Shown: positions 36,576 to 44,881 of the stretch, in pieces
How positions within the stretch are numbered: the stretch's first letter is position 1
How the letters are laid out: every line of letters starts with the position of its first letter
NCBI GenBank assembly: GCA_012838805.1
Contig: DUON01000015.1
Span: 872 to 64,871, forward strand
DNA from: Clostridiales bacterium
GTDB lineage: Bacteria > Bacillota > Clostridia > Christensenellales > DTU072
DNA length: 64,000 bases
Direction of reading: 5' to 3'
The notes under the pieces: generated by a model
What the model saw: only the letters and a program-made list of their open reading frames with translations
Told to the model about the DNA's origin: nothing
Databases searched by the model: none
Program-made: the position numbers and the translations under genes

Positions 36576-37409
36576 TTAATGGACTAGTTTATATTCTTCC
36601 ATGGGATAAATATATCCCACAACCGGCAACATAGAATTATACACTTTTTCTATATCAAAAATGCCGTATTCCATACCTCCCTTTTTCTCCGAGCCCTTAT
36701 ATTCTCCTTGAAGAAGCACGGAATTAAGCTCCAAATCAGCTATAAACAACGCAATCTTTTGACCTTTTTCAATCTGCCTGAGCTCCTCTCCATAAGCCGA
36801 AAACGGTATGATTACTCTTCCACGGTCTTTCATAACCGATTGCAATACAGGTAAGAGTCTGGGAAACCCGTCCTTGTCAAAATACGATAAGAACTTAAGC
36901 GACATCATGTTCTTAAGCAACTTTACGCTGAGGTTAAATATCTTGTCCACGCCGTCCGAACAAGGTTTAACAAAAGGCTTGACCGCGCGTCCCCAAAGAG
37001 CGCCTTTTACTATACCGCCTATCGGCAAAGGCTGTTCTCCCGAAAAATTCACGACATCCATATAATGGATTTTTTCAATTCCAAAATACGAATTATACCT
37101 AAAAAGCGGCTGATTGTTGTACATGTCAAAGTCCTCGCCGGTGTCTGTGGCGCCCTTATACAGAGCCAGTCCCCGCCACCATTTTTTCTCAACGCTCACT
37201 ACCATGAATCCGCTTTTGGGATTTTTTTGGAGATTGGTCTTGCTAATGCCTTGCGTGAACTGTCCCCACATTATCGTTTTTTCGTCTTTTGCCTGTATCG
37301 ATGAAATAAGCGTGATATGGGGATATTCCCCGCTGACGGTTGATATAAGCCCCAATTTACCCGTTACGGCAAATTCTTTCATGTCCTTTTCACTGATTAA
37401 CTTTGTCAT
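36576..37409 (-). CDS. Two-domain PNPOx-like (FMN-binding split-barrel) protein
   Basis: 277 aa from MTKLISEK... (GGAGG 7 nt upstream). GKLGLISTVSGEYPHITLISS resembles pyridoxamine-5'-phosphate-oxidase-family barrels. Assigned by resemblance only. Confidence 0.55.
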   Translation of the reverse strand: MTKLISEKDMKEFAVTGKLGLISTVSGEYPHITLISSIQAKDEKTIMWGQFTQGISKTNLQKNPKSGFMVVSVEKKWWRGLALYKGATDTGEDFDMYNNQPLFRYNSYFGIEKIHYMDVVNFSGEQPLPIGGIVKGALWGRAVKPFVKPCSDGVDKIFNLSVKLLKNMMSLKFLSYFDKDGFPRLLPVLQSVMKDRGRVIIPFSAYGEELRQIEKGQKIALFIADLELNSVLLQGEYKGSEKKGGMEYGIFDIEKVYNSMLPVVGYIYPMEEYKLVH

Positions 37410-37411
37410 GA

Positions 37412-38335
37412 TTATACCTCCAACTTGGTCGCTCCCGACCAAACAGCGTTTTTATGATATTTTTTTGCCAAAGCCCAAAGCTTTTCTATCTTTTCCTTTT
37501 GGATAAGCTCCTTGTTTTCATAGCCCCAATCTCTATTCAACAACTGGTACTTATTCTTGCAAAGATTATTAAAGGTGACCAGCTCCCATTTAGTTATATT
37601 GGGCATATTTTCCTTAATAAACTTGCCTATTCCCTTTATGTTCTCCTCGCTATCCGTGCTGTCGGGAATTATCGGAGTTCTCACCCAGACTTCGGGTTTT
37701 TCAAGACTTCCCACTCTTTTGGCATTTTGCAGAATGAGTGTATTTTCCACATCGGTGAATTCTTTGTGCTTTTCGTTGTCGATATGTTTTATGTCATAGA
37801 GCAAGAGGTCGGTCTTTTCCAAAAGCTTTTGCAGAATCTTATAAGGATAGCATCCTGCGGTATCCAGCGCCGTATGTATGCCCCTTTTCTTAAGTTCATC
37901 CATAAGCTCATAAGCGTATTCCCAATGTAAAGCCGCCTCTCCGCCCGACAGCGTGACGCCGCCGCCGCTCTTTTCATAAAAAACCTTGTCTTTCAAAAGC
38001 TCATTTACAAGCTCTGATATCTCAATCTCACGCCCCTTTACCTCAATGGCGTTTGTCGGGCACTGCTCAGCGCACCATAAGCAGAAATTACAAAGCCTTT
38101 CTTCGAACTTTAGCCCGTCCTCATCAAAGGATATGGCTTTTTGCGGACACTCCAAACAGCTTAAGCACCCCATGCATTTATCTTTTATCCAATACTTTTG
38201 TCTATAAAAAGGAATGGATTCTGGATTTTGGCACCACTTGCATTTAAGGTTGCAGCCCTTAAAAAATACCGTAGTCCTTATTCCTGGTCCGTCCTCCGTC
38301 GACATCTTTTGTATATCTAAAATATAAGTCTTCAT
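37412..38335 (-). CDS. Glycyl-radical enzyme activating protein
   Basis: STEDGPGIRTTVFFKGCNLKCKWCQNPES (radical SAM cluster) plus CMGCLSCLECP and CNFCLWCAEQCP ferredoxin-type inserts, then the GGVTLSGGE SAM motif. Confidence 0.92.
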   Translation of the reverse strand: MKTYILDIQKMSTEDGPGIRTTVFFKGCNLKCKWCQNPESIPFYRQKYWIKDKCMGCLSCLECPQKAISFDEDGLKFEERLCNFCLWCAEQCPTNAIEVKGREIEISELVNELLKDKVFYEKSGGGVTLSGGEAALHWEYAYELMDELKKRGIHTALDTAGCYPYKILQKLLEKTDLLLYDIKHIDNEKHKEFTDVENTLILQNAKRVGSLEKPEVWVRTPIIPDSTDSEENIKGIGKFIKENMPNITKWELVTFNNLCKNKYQLLNRDWGYENKELIQKEKIEKLWALAKKYHKNAVWSGATKLEV

Positions 38336-38347
38336 ATTTTGCTTTCC

Positions 38348-40834
38348 TTAAAACTTGTTATGAATTTCTCTGGCTATGATTTCGTTTTGAAGCTCTCTTC
38401 CTATTGAAGCGAAATAGGCGTTGTATCCCGTCACTCTAACAAGCAAGTGTCTGTACTCCGAAGGATTTTTTTGAGCGTCTATCAGGGTGTCGGCGTCCAG
38501 CACATTTATTTGAAGCGCAGTGCCGCCGTTCTCCACATAAGCCCTTAAAAACGCCATAAGCTTTTGCTTGTGGATATCGTCCCTCAACAAGGACGGCGAA
38601 AGCGTTATGGTGTGGCTGGCACCGTTGGGAAGATAGTTTACATAATCCATAAAATCTCCGCCTTCTGCGACCTTTCCGCCCAGCGCCTTGCCTACCGAAT
38701 TGATGTTTGAGGTCGGACCGTTGGTGTCCGCACCGTTGCTTGGGCATATGGCGTTTGACAAAAACTGTCCACGCTTTCTTCCATCCGCACTTGCGGCAAG
38801 GATGTATCCGTCCCCCACCCAATAGTTCCAGCTCAGCATTCCCGGACGCAATTGGGCATCTGAAAGAGTGGTCTTATATTTCCAAACTTCCTCCGACCAA
38901 AGTTCCATAAACTTTCTTGCCATTTCGTCGGCTTCGTCGTCATCCCTTCCGTATTTGGGGGCTTTGTTTTTGGCGATTGCCTGAATCTTTTCGTATCCCT
39001 CCCAGTTATTTTTTAACGCCTCGACAAGCTCTTTCATTGAACAAATCTTTTTGTCATAAACCAAATACTTGATTGCAAGCAGACTATCCACGGTTGTGGC
39101 GAAGGTGACACCTTCCACCGTGACATACCTAAGCTCCGCTCCGCCTTGCGTTATGTCCTTAGCCTTGTCTATACATCCTTTGACAAGACAAGATAGGTAC
39201 GGAGTGGGATGATACTTCGCCCTAACGGTGTCGCTTTCGTCATAAAGACGCGCGATTTTCTCCACGATATAAGCCACTTGCTTTTCAAACGCCTTATAAA
39301 ATTCTTCGAATGTCTCAAACTTTTCAGGGTCGGGACTGTCCGAATGTTTTTTGGGGGGATTATATTTTCCCCACATCAAATCTTCATAACCGTTGAGGTC
39401 ATACCCTTTCCCCAAAGTAAGCTCCAAAGCCTTCAAAAGGTTGATATTGATATCCACCGTTCCCGAACGGTCGTTGCCCTGCATGGTGTTTTCCATACAG
39501 CCCACAGCGGCATAGTTCCATACGGTCTTTTCGTTAATGAAATGTTCCTTTCTGCTCTTTCTCGCCTGCCTTAAAAGTCCTGCCATCGCCCTTTCGTCAA
39601 AGTTCAATAAAAACGGCGCGCCTTGGCTTTCGGATATCATGTCCACAATTCTTTTCAAAAGCTTGTCGGGGGAATTCTTATGAAGACGCACATTGGGTTT
39701 GGGCTCAAGAATGGGGCTCATATCGTCTATGACATCCAATAGGATATAGCTCAATTCGTTTGTCAAGTCCTGACCTTGCTCTCCCTTTCCGCTAATCATA
39801 AACAACTGTCCAAACCCTGCGGTTATCCCTTGATTAGCACCCACTTTTATTTGGGCGTCATAAGCGGTGTTGCAGTGTACCCACATGCACTTCAAAATCT
39901 CCTTGGCAAATTCGTCCGTCATGCCTTGTTCTTTGGAAATCTTATAATAAGGATACAGATATTGGTCCAGCCTGCCAAATGACACGCCGGGTCCGGGATA
40001 GTTCTCGTCAGTCATGACCAGCATATGCGTAAGCCACAAGGACTGAACTGCCTGCCAAAAATCCTCGGCGGGATGATACGGCACTACTTCAAGGTTCTTG
40101 CTCATGGTCAATAGCTCCGCCTTTCTCTTTTTATCCTTTTCCTTTTCCGCAAGCTCCTTAAGCCGTTTGGAGTACTTTTCGGCAAGCTCGCAAGGCATAG
40201 TCGCCGCTATTCTCATTGCTCTAAGCTGACTGCCCTCGGCGCCTCTTTGTTGAGATTTTGTAAGACTTTGGTATTTCTTGTCAATCTCTTCTATGATGTA
40301 TTTGAAGCCCTTTTGCACAATGGTCGGATAGTCTGGGATAAGGTGTCCGCTTGTCGCCCCGCAGTTGCCGAATCCGCGGTCGTGAAATTCCAAAGTCCTC
40401 TTCCTCAAGCCGTTTTTGCCATAAAGTATCTTGGCTCTTTCTTTATTCTCTTTTTTGGTGTGGCAATGGCTTGCAAAAAGATTAAAGTTCGCACCGCAAA
40501 GCAGGTCTCCCGGGAGAATGTCCAAAGGAACTCTATTCACGATAGCCTCTTTAATAAACCAAGCCCGCCTTTCGGCTATACTCTTTTTATAAAAGTCTTG
40601 AGGAGCTTCAATTTTTCTGGCGATTTGGGGCAACCCACCCTTAAAGGTATTAAAAAAAGTGTATGTCTCGGGGACTATGTAATATGTGATTTCATTATAG
40701 ATTTCATCATGCTCCTCCCCAGTGGTGAAGACTTTGTACTCATTGTTCCAAGGTCTGTTGACACCTTCGAAGTAATAGTTTCTCAACCATTCAATTCTTG
40801 GCGTGAGGTTTTTTGGTTCTTTTATTTTGCCCAT
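38348..40834 (-). CDS. Glycyl radical enzyme (PFL2/dehydratase-like family), substrate unknown
   Basis: 828 aa from MGKIKEPKN... (AGGAGG 6 nt upstream). It has the C-terminal glycine loop LLVRVTGYNAYFASI and the thiyl loop AAVGCMENTMQG. Confidence 0.9.
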   Translation of the reverse strand: MGKIKEPKNLTPRIEWLRNYYFEGVNRPWNNEYKVFTTGEEHDEIYNEITYYIVPETYTFFNTFKGGLPQIARKIEAPQDFYKKSIAERRAWFIKEAIVNRVPLDILPGDLLCGANFNLFASHCHTKKENKERAKILYGKNGLRKRTLEFHDRGFGNCGATSGHLIPDYPTIVQKGFKYIIEEIDKKYQSLTKSQQRGAEGSQLRAMRIAATMPCELAEKYSKRLKELAEKEKDKKRKAELLTMSKNLEVVPYHPAEDFWQAVQSLWLTHMLVMTDENYPGPGVSFGRLDQYLYPYYKISKEQGMTDEFAKEILKCMWVHCNTAYDAQIKVGANQGITAGFGQLFMISGKGEQGQDLTNELSYILLDVIDDMSPILEPKPNVRLHKNSPDKLLKRIVDMISESQGAPFLLNFDERAMAGLLRQARKSRKEHFINEKTVWNYAAVGCMENTMQGNDRSGTVDININLLKALELTLGKGYDLNGYEDLMWGKYNPPKKHSDSPDPEKFETFEEFYKAFEKQVAYIVEKIARLYDESDTVRAKYHPTPYLSCLVKGCIDKAKDITQGGAELRYVTVEGVTFATTVDSLLAIKYLVYDKKICSMKELVEALKNNWEGYEKIQAIAKNKAPKYGRDDDEADEMARKFMELWSEEVWKYKTTLSDAQLRPGMLSWNYWVGDGYILAASADGRKRGQFLSNAICPSNGADTNGPTSNINSVGKALGGKVAEGGDFMDYVNYLPNGASHTITLSPSLLRDDIHKQKLMAFLRAYVENGGTALQINVLDADTLIDAQKNPSEYRHLLVRVTGYNAYFASIGRELQNEIIAREIHNKF
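38423..38437 (-). other. Glycyl radical motif RVTGY
   Basis: agagtgacgggatac on the minus strand, 25 codons before the C-terminus. Confidence 0.85.
39491..39502 (-). other. Catalytic Cys loop GCME
   Basis: ggctgtatggaa on the minus strand. The Cys-x-Glu arrangement resembles that of GRE eliminases and decarboxylases. Confidence 0.7.
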
Positions 40835-40844
40835 GACAAGCCTC

Positions 40845-41549
40845 CTAGTCATTAAATATTTTATAGAGTTTTTCTCCATGTGTGAGGATTTCCTCTAATA
40901 TTTCAGCCGCCCTTTCGCCGTCCTTTTGGCTTATGGCATCGGCGATTAGGCGGTGCTTTTCTACATATTCCTTAAAGCGCTCAATATTATTTTTATAAAA
41001 AATCTTGGTCATTTCAAGCGCAGTATCCTTAAAAGAGTTCATCACCGCGAAATAAACCATATTCCCAGACATCTTAATCAAGCGATAATGAAACTTAAAA
41101 TCATATTCTGCAAGTTTGTGATAATCTTTGCTGTTTTCTTTAACAAGCTTTTCTTCTCTTTCTATTACTTCAAAGAGTTCTTCTAAATCCTGCGGGTTGG
41201 CTGCGGCGTCTTTTACAGATTTCAGCTCAATAAGCAGCCTTGCCTCAAGGATATCCTTAGCCGCTTTTTTTCTTAATTTACAGTTTTGACACAGCGCCAT
41301 ATCCTTGACCGTATCCAAACTGCCTCTATTTATAAAATCATTGGTAATTGTCTTTTGTCTTTTTTGAACCAGCAGATACCCTTGCTCTTCCAACCGTGCT
41401 ATGCCCACATTTATAACGCTTCTGGAGCATTCAAACTCCTGTGCAAGCTTTCTAAGCGGAGGGAAACTGTCCCCAATTTTATATTCGCCGTTTAGTATCC
41501 TCTGCTTTATGGTATGTACAAACTTTTTAGTCAAATTTTCTTTTGGCAT
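40845..41549 (-). CDS. GntR-family transcriptional regulator (FadR/FCD-type C-terminal domain)
   Basis: IGDSFPPLRKLAQEFECSRSVINVGIARLEEQGYLLV winged HTH, with an all-helical C-terminal domain. Its stop codon lies inside the SD of the GRE gene. Confidence 0.9.
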   Translation of the reverse strand: MPKENLTKKFVHTIKQRILNGEYKIGDSFPPLRKLAQEFECSRSVINVGIARLEEQGYLLVQKRQKTITNDFINRGSLDTVKDMALCQNCKLRKKAAKDILEARLLIELKSVKDAAANPQDLEELFEVIEREEKLVKENSKDYHKLAEYDFKFHYRLIKMSGNMVYFAVMNSFKDTALEMTKIFYKNNIERFKEYVEKHRLIADAISQKDGERAAEILEEILTHGEKLYKIFND

Positions 41550-41563
41550 AAGCTGACCTTAAT

Positions 41564-41582
41564 ATTGTGGTATTACCACAAT
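41564..41582. promoter_or_regulatory. Perfect 19-bp palindrome ATTGTGGTA-T-TACCACAAT; candidate GntR operator
   Basis: 9-bp arms around one central base. The TGGTA..TACCA core fits the GT-N-AC logic of GntR/FadR operators. It abuts the -10 and covers the expected transcription start. Confidence 0.6.
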
Positions 41583-41609
41583 TATAACATATGCCAATTC
41601 TCCCGTCAA
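41581..41609 (-). promoter_or_regulatory. Sigma-A promoter of the GntR-GRE operon
   Basis: Minus strand: TTGACG (41609..41604), a 17-nt spacer ending in TGT, then TATAAT (41586..41581). Confidence 0.65.
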
Positions 41610-41674
41610 TACTCAACTAATTTTCGGCTTAAGTATAGTAATTATTGTGTACTTAAAATTAGCTTCTAAAAAAC

Positions 41675-43021
41675 CTAAAAACTTTTTTTATTCCTACTGA
41701 GGTATTTGAGCTGACCTTCTCTTGTCAATAAATCTTTTCCGTATATAGCCGCATTGAGCAAGCTCTTTAAGGCAAGCGACCTTTTATGTGCGGGGATATC
41801 AAGCTCAATCAAGTCCTTGCCGTCCACTTTCAAATCCTTTGTCGTAAAAGGAATGCCCTCGGCTTTCATTTTTTCAAAGACCTCTTTCAGCCTCGCCGCC
41901 GAAGGACTTTCTTCGCCCATTATTCCCCCTGCCTTATGGTCGGCTTGCTTAAGCGCTATGAGCTTATCTAAAATGTCAAAATTTTCTTGAATAAATCTTC
42001 TTATCGTGGAATCCTTAGTGTTTGTTTTGAGATCGTACATGTGCAGATACACAAGCTTTTTTACTTCGCTTATGGTTCTTTTGGGGTATTTTAAACGGTT
42101 GAGAATATTTTCTGCCATACGCTTTCCCTCACGGTCATGTCCTTTCATCGAACCGTCATTTTGAACGCAAAAGGGCTTGGCTATGTCGTGTAAAAGCGCG
42201 GCAAGCCTAATCTCCGCTTGCGAATACTCAAAGCACTTCAATATATGAGTGTAGACATCGTATTTATGATAATCTTTCCTTTGAGACAAGCCTTTTCCTT
42301 TTTCAAGCTCGGGCAGAATGTAGCTTAACAAACCTATCTTTTCCAATAGCTTAAGCCCCCTTATATGGGCGTTGGGGATATTATATTTCCGGTCAGCGGT
42401 GATTATCCTATCAAATTCGTCTCTTATTCTCTCGATTGCGATATCCTTAATCAAATATACATTTTCTTTGGCGGCGTCCATAACCGTTTTGTCGATATCT
42501 AAGCCCATCTCAGCCGCTTGTCTTGCAAGGCGCATCAGCCTTAAGCCGTCTTGTGAAAACACCCTCTCGGGCAAATCCACGGTTCTTATTATCCTATTGT
42601 TCAAATCATCTATCCCGCCCAAGGGGTCTACAAACTCGTCTTTTAAGATATCGTAATATACGGCGTTCACCGTAAAATCTCTTCTCTTGGCATCTATCAA
42701 GATATCGTCTGTCAAAGAGGATTGGTCGGGCGTATGTTTGCCGCCGGTATAAGTGTCCTTTCTAAAAGAGGTGAACTCAAAATATTTATCCTTATGTTCT
42801 ATCTTCAGCGTAAAGAGCTTTTTACTGGTCAAAGACGCCTTGAAAGGGCTGTCTTTAAGTCTTTCTATAACCTCTTGGGGAGATATGGCGGCTGCTAAGT
42901 CGATGTCGGTTATCTTTAAGCCCATGTGATAATTCCTTATTGCACCGCCCACTATATATAAAGGCTTGTCAAAATACCCGCTAAGCTCTATCAATGCTTT
43001 GATAAACGGTTCAGCTCTCAT
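41675..43021 (-). CDS. cca: CCA-adding tRNA nucleotidyltransferase with an HD domain
   Basis: YIVGGAIRNYHMGLKITDIDLA (polymerase-beta-type GG...DxD), RRDFTVNA and a later LLHDIAKP HD motif. Confidence 0.85.
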   Translation of the reverse strand: MRAEPFIKALIELSGYFDKPLYIVGGAIRNYHMGLKITDIDLAAAISPQEVIERLKDSPFKASLTSKKLFTLKIEHKDKYFEFTSFRKDTYTGGKHTPDQSSLTDDILIDAKRRDFTVNAVYYDILKDEFVDPLGGIDDLNNRIIRTVDLPERVFSQDGLRLMRLARQAAEMGLDIDKTVMDAAKENVYLIKDIAIERIRDEFDRIITADRKYNIPNAHIRGLKLLEKIGLLSYILPELEKGKGLSQRKDYHKYDVYTHILKCFEYSQAEIRLAALLHDIAKPFCVQNDGSMKGHDREGKRMAENILNRLKYPKRTISEVKKLVYLHMYDLKTNTKDSTIRRFIQENFDILDKLIALKQADHKAGGIMGEESPSAARLKEVFEKMKAEGIPFTTKDLKVDGKDLIELDIPAHKRSLALKSLLNAAIYGKDLLTREGQLKYLSRNKKSF

Positions 43022-43553
43022 AAATCTCCGATTTCAGCACGCATACCTCGGGTATGTTCCTGTATTTTTCGTTATAGTCAAGACCGTATCCCACCACAAA
43101 TTCATTGGGAATGGTGAATCCTATATAGTCTCCTTGGATGCTGACTTCTCTTCTTTCAGGCTTGTCCAAAAGAGCAGCGATTTTTATGGACTTTGGATTT
43201 CTTTGCTTTAATAATCTTACTAAGTACTGAAGGGTATTTCCGCTGTCTATTATGTCCTCAACAAGAATGACATTCTTGCCCTCGACGGGCTCGCATATAT
43301 CCTTTATTATCCTAACCTCTCCGCTTGAAGATGTGCCAGCGCCATAGCTTGAAACCGCCATGAAGTCAAAGTTCACATCCAAATCAATCTTCCTCACCAG
43401 ATCTGCGAAAAACAAGCTTGCTCCCCTAAGAATGCACACCAACAGGAGCTTCTCTCCCTTGTAGTCCTCTGTGATTTGCTTTGCAAGAACATTGGTTCTT
43501 TTGATTATTTCCTCTTCGCTTATCAGCACTTTTGCCACATTTTTGTACCTCAT
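43011..43553 (-). CDS. hpt: Hypoxanthine phosphoribosyltransferase
   Basis: 180 aa with LLLVCILRGASLFFADL and the PRPP loop VILVEDIIDSGNTL. Confidence 0.92.
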   Translation of the reverse strand: MRYKNVAKVLISEEEIIKRTNVLAKQITEDYKGEKLLLVCILRGASLFFADLVRKIDLDVNFDFMAVSSYGAGTSSSGEVRIIKDICEPVEGKNVILVEDIIDSGNTLQYLVRLLKQRNPKSIKIAALLDKPERREVSIQGDYIGFTIPNEFVVGYGLDYNEKYRNIPEVCVLKSEIYES

Positions 43554-44821
43554 ATAGTCTCCTTTTTTATTGCGTATATGTTTTTTGTATTTTTATCCAC
43601 CTTTACTATATCGCTTATCTCCACACCCAATATAATCAATACTTGCTTGCCCGAAGCCACCACAAGCAGCCTGTCCCTAAGCCTTTTGGGCATCTTGATA
43701 TCTGTCAAATAATCGCTGAGTTTTTTTGTTCTTCCATTGCACTTTTTGAAAATATCGCCCTCTTGCCTTTTTCTTATAACCGCATCTGCAGGGATTTTTT
43801 CGGGGTCAAAACTTCTGCCCTTGACTATCTTGTCCTCTAAAACAAACGATATTCTTTCACCGTCAAAGATATATTCCTTTTCTATATCGAACAAGGTGGG
43901 CTCGAAGGTATCGAAGCTCTTTTTCATAAACAAAAGCTTGTCATATTCCTTAACCGCCGTCACTCCATAGGGCAGGTCCAAGCAGGCGTTATTGGACTTT
44001 TGGGCAAGGCTTATTATATACTCCAAATGCCTTGTCTCTATATCCTTGATCACGCCCAGCTCTTCAAAAAGCTTCAATATGCCGTTTTTTTGAATTGCTG
44101 AATGGCTTTTTTGAAAGTTGTCAATATCAAAATATAGGGCGTTGTCTGTTTTCTTGATTGGAATCAAGTTCCTTTCAATATAGTCAAAAGTCTCTTTGGC
44201 GTTGTCTATAAGCCTTAAGATGCCCTTTTCCGCTCCCTCGAACTTCTTTTTTATAGTGGGAATAATTTCATTTCTTATATAATTTCTGGTATATTCGCTT
44301 TCAAAATTGGTGGAATCGGTCACATATTGGATATTGTTTTTTGTTGCATAGTTCTCAATATCTTGCTTGGTATAATTGATTAAAGGGTGAATAAACCTTT
44401 CAGAGTCAAGAATGCCTTTCAAGCCTTTTATGCCCGTTCCTCTAAAGATTCTCATAAGCACGGTCTCTATATTATCGTCGGCATGGTGGGCAAGCGCTAT
44501 GATATCGACTTTTTTCTCATCCAATAAACGGTTAAAAATCTCATACCTTAAGTTTCTGGCGCACAGTTCCACGGATTCACGCGTGAGGCGGCATTGGGAC
44601 AATACATCCACCTCAAACCTAAGGCACAAGATGTTGTTGTTATTGCAAAATTCCTCGACAAAATCGCTGTCGCTTTTTGAGTCAGCTCCTCTTATACAGT
44701 GGTCTATGTTTATGACGGTAATGTCCTTTTTCTGTTCCATTAAAAGATTAAGCAGTACCATTGAATCCATACCGCCGGACACGCCCACGCCTATTCTTTT
44801 GTTTGGTACAACGATTTTCAT
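43550..44821 (-). CDS. tilS: tRNA(Ile)-lysidine synthetase
   Basis: PP-loop VGVSGGMDSMVL, then HHADDNIETVLMRIFRGTG. 4-nt overlap with hpt. Confidence 0.9.
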   Translation of the reverse strand: MKIVVPNKRIGVGVSGGMDSMVLLNLLMEQKKDITVINIDHCIRGADSKSDSDFVEEFCNNNNILCLRFEVDVLSQCRLTRESVELCARNLRYEIFNRLLDEKKVDIIALAHHADDNIETVLMRIFRGTGIKGLKGILDSERFIHPLINYTKQDIENYATKNNIQYVTDSTNFESEYTRNYIRNEIIPTIKKKFEGAEKGILRLIDNAKETFDYIERNLIPIKKTDNALYFDIDNFQKSHSAIQKNGILKLFEELGVIKDIETRHLEYIISLAQKSNNACLDLPYGVTAVKEYDKLLFMKKSFDTFEPTLFDIEKEYIFDGERISFVLEDKIVKGRSFDPEKIPADAVIRKRQEGDIFKKCNGRTKKLSDYLTDIKMPKRLRDRLLVVASGKQVLIILGVEISDIVKVDKNTKNIYAIKKETI

Positions 44822-44881
44822 ATGATTATTATATACTCAAAAGACTTCTATATCAAGATAATTATTAAAGGCGTACGGCGT

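Noticed and set aside
38348-40834. Naming the GRE as choline TMA-lyase, glycerol/propanediol dehydratase, hydroxyproline dehydratase or PFL
   Set aside because: The accessory genes typical of those loci are missing, and the Cys loop and N-terminus differ from what I recall for them. Without a search or phylogeny, any specific substrate call would be a guess.
8960-40879. N-terminal extensions in the ORF-track models of the esterase (to 9046), PHP phosphatase (12341), recF (15163), secG (18277), DUF2156 (20470), the 732-aa protein (22710), the DnaD-like gene (from 30877), the PNPOx-like gene (37442) and the GRE (40879)
   Set aside because: In each case except DUF2156, an internal ATG has a good Shine-Dalgarno sequence at 5-9 nt and removes an implausible overlap with the upstream gene. 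The extensions encode non-conserved-looking peptides. For DUF2156 neither candidate start has a clear SD, so that choice stays uncertain.
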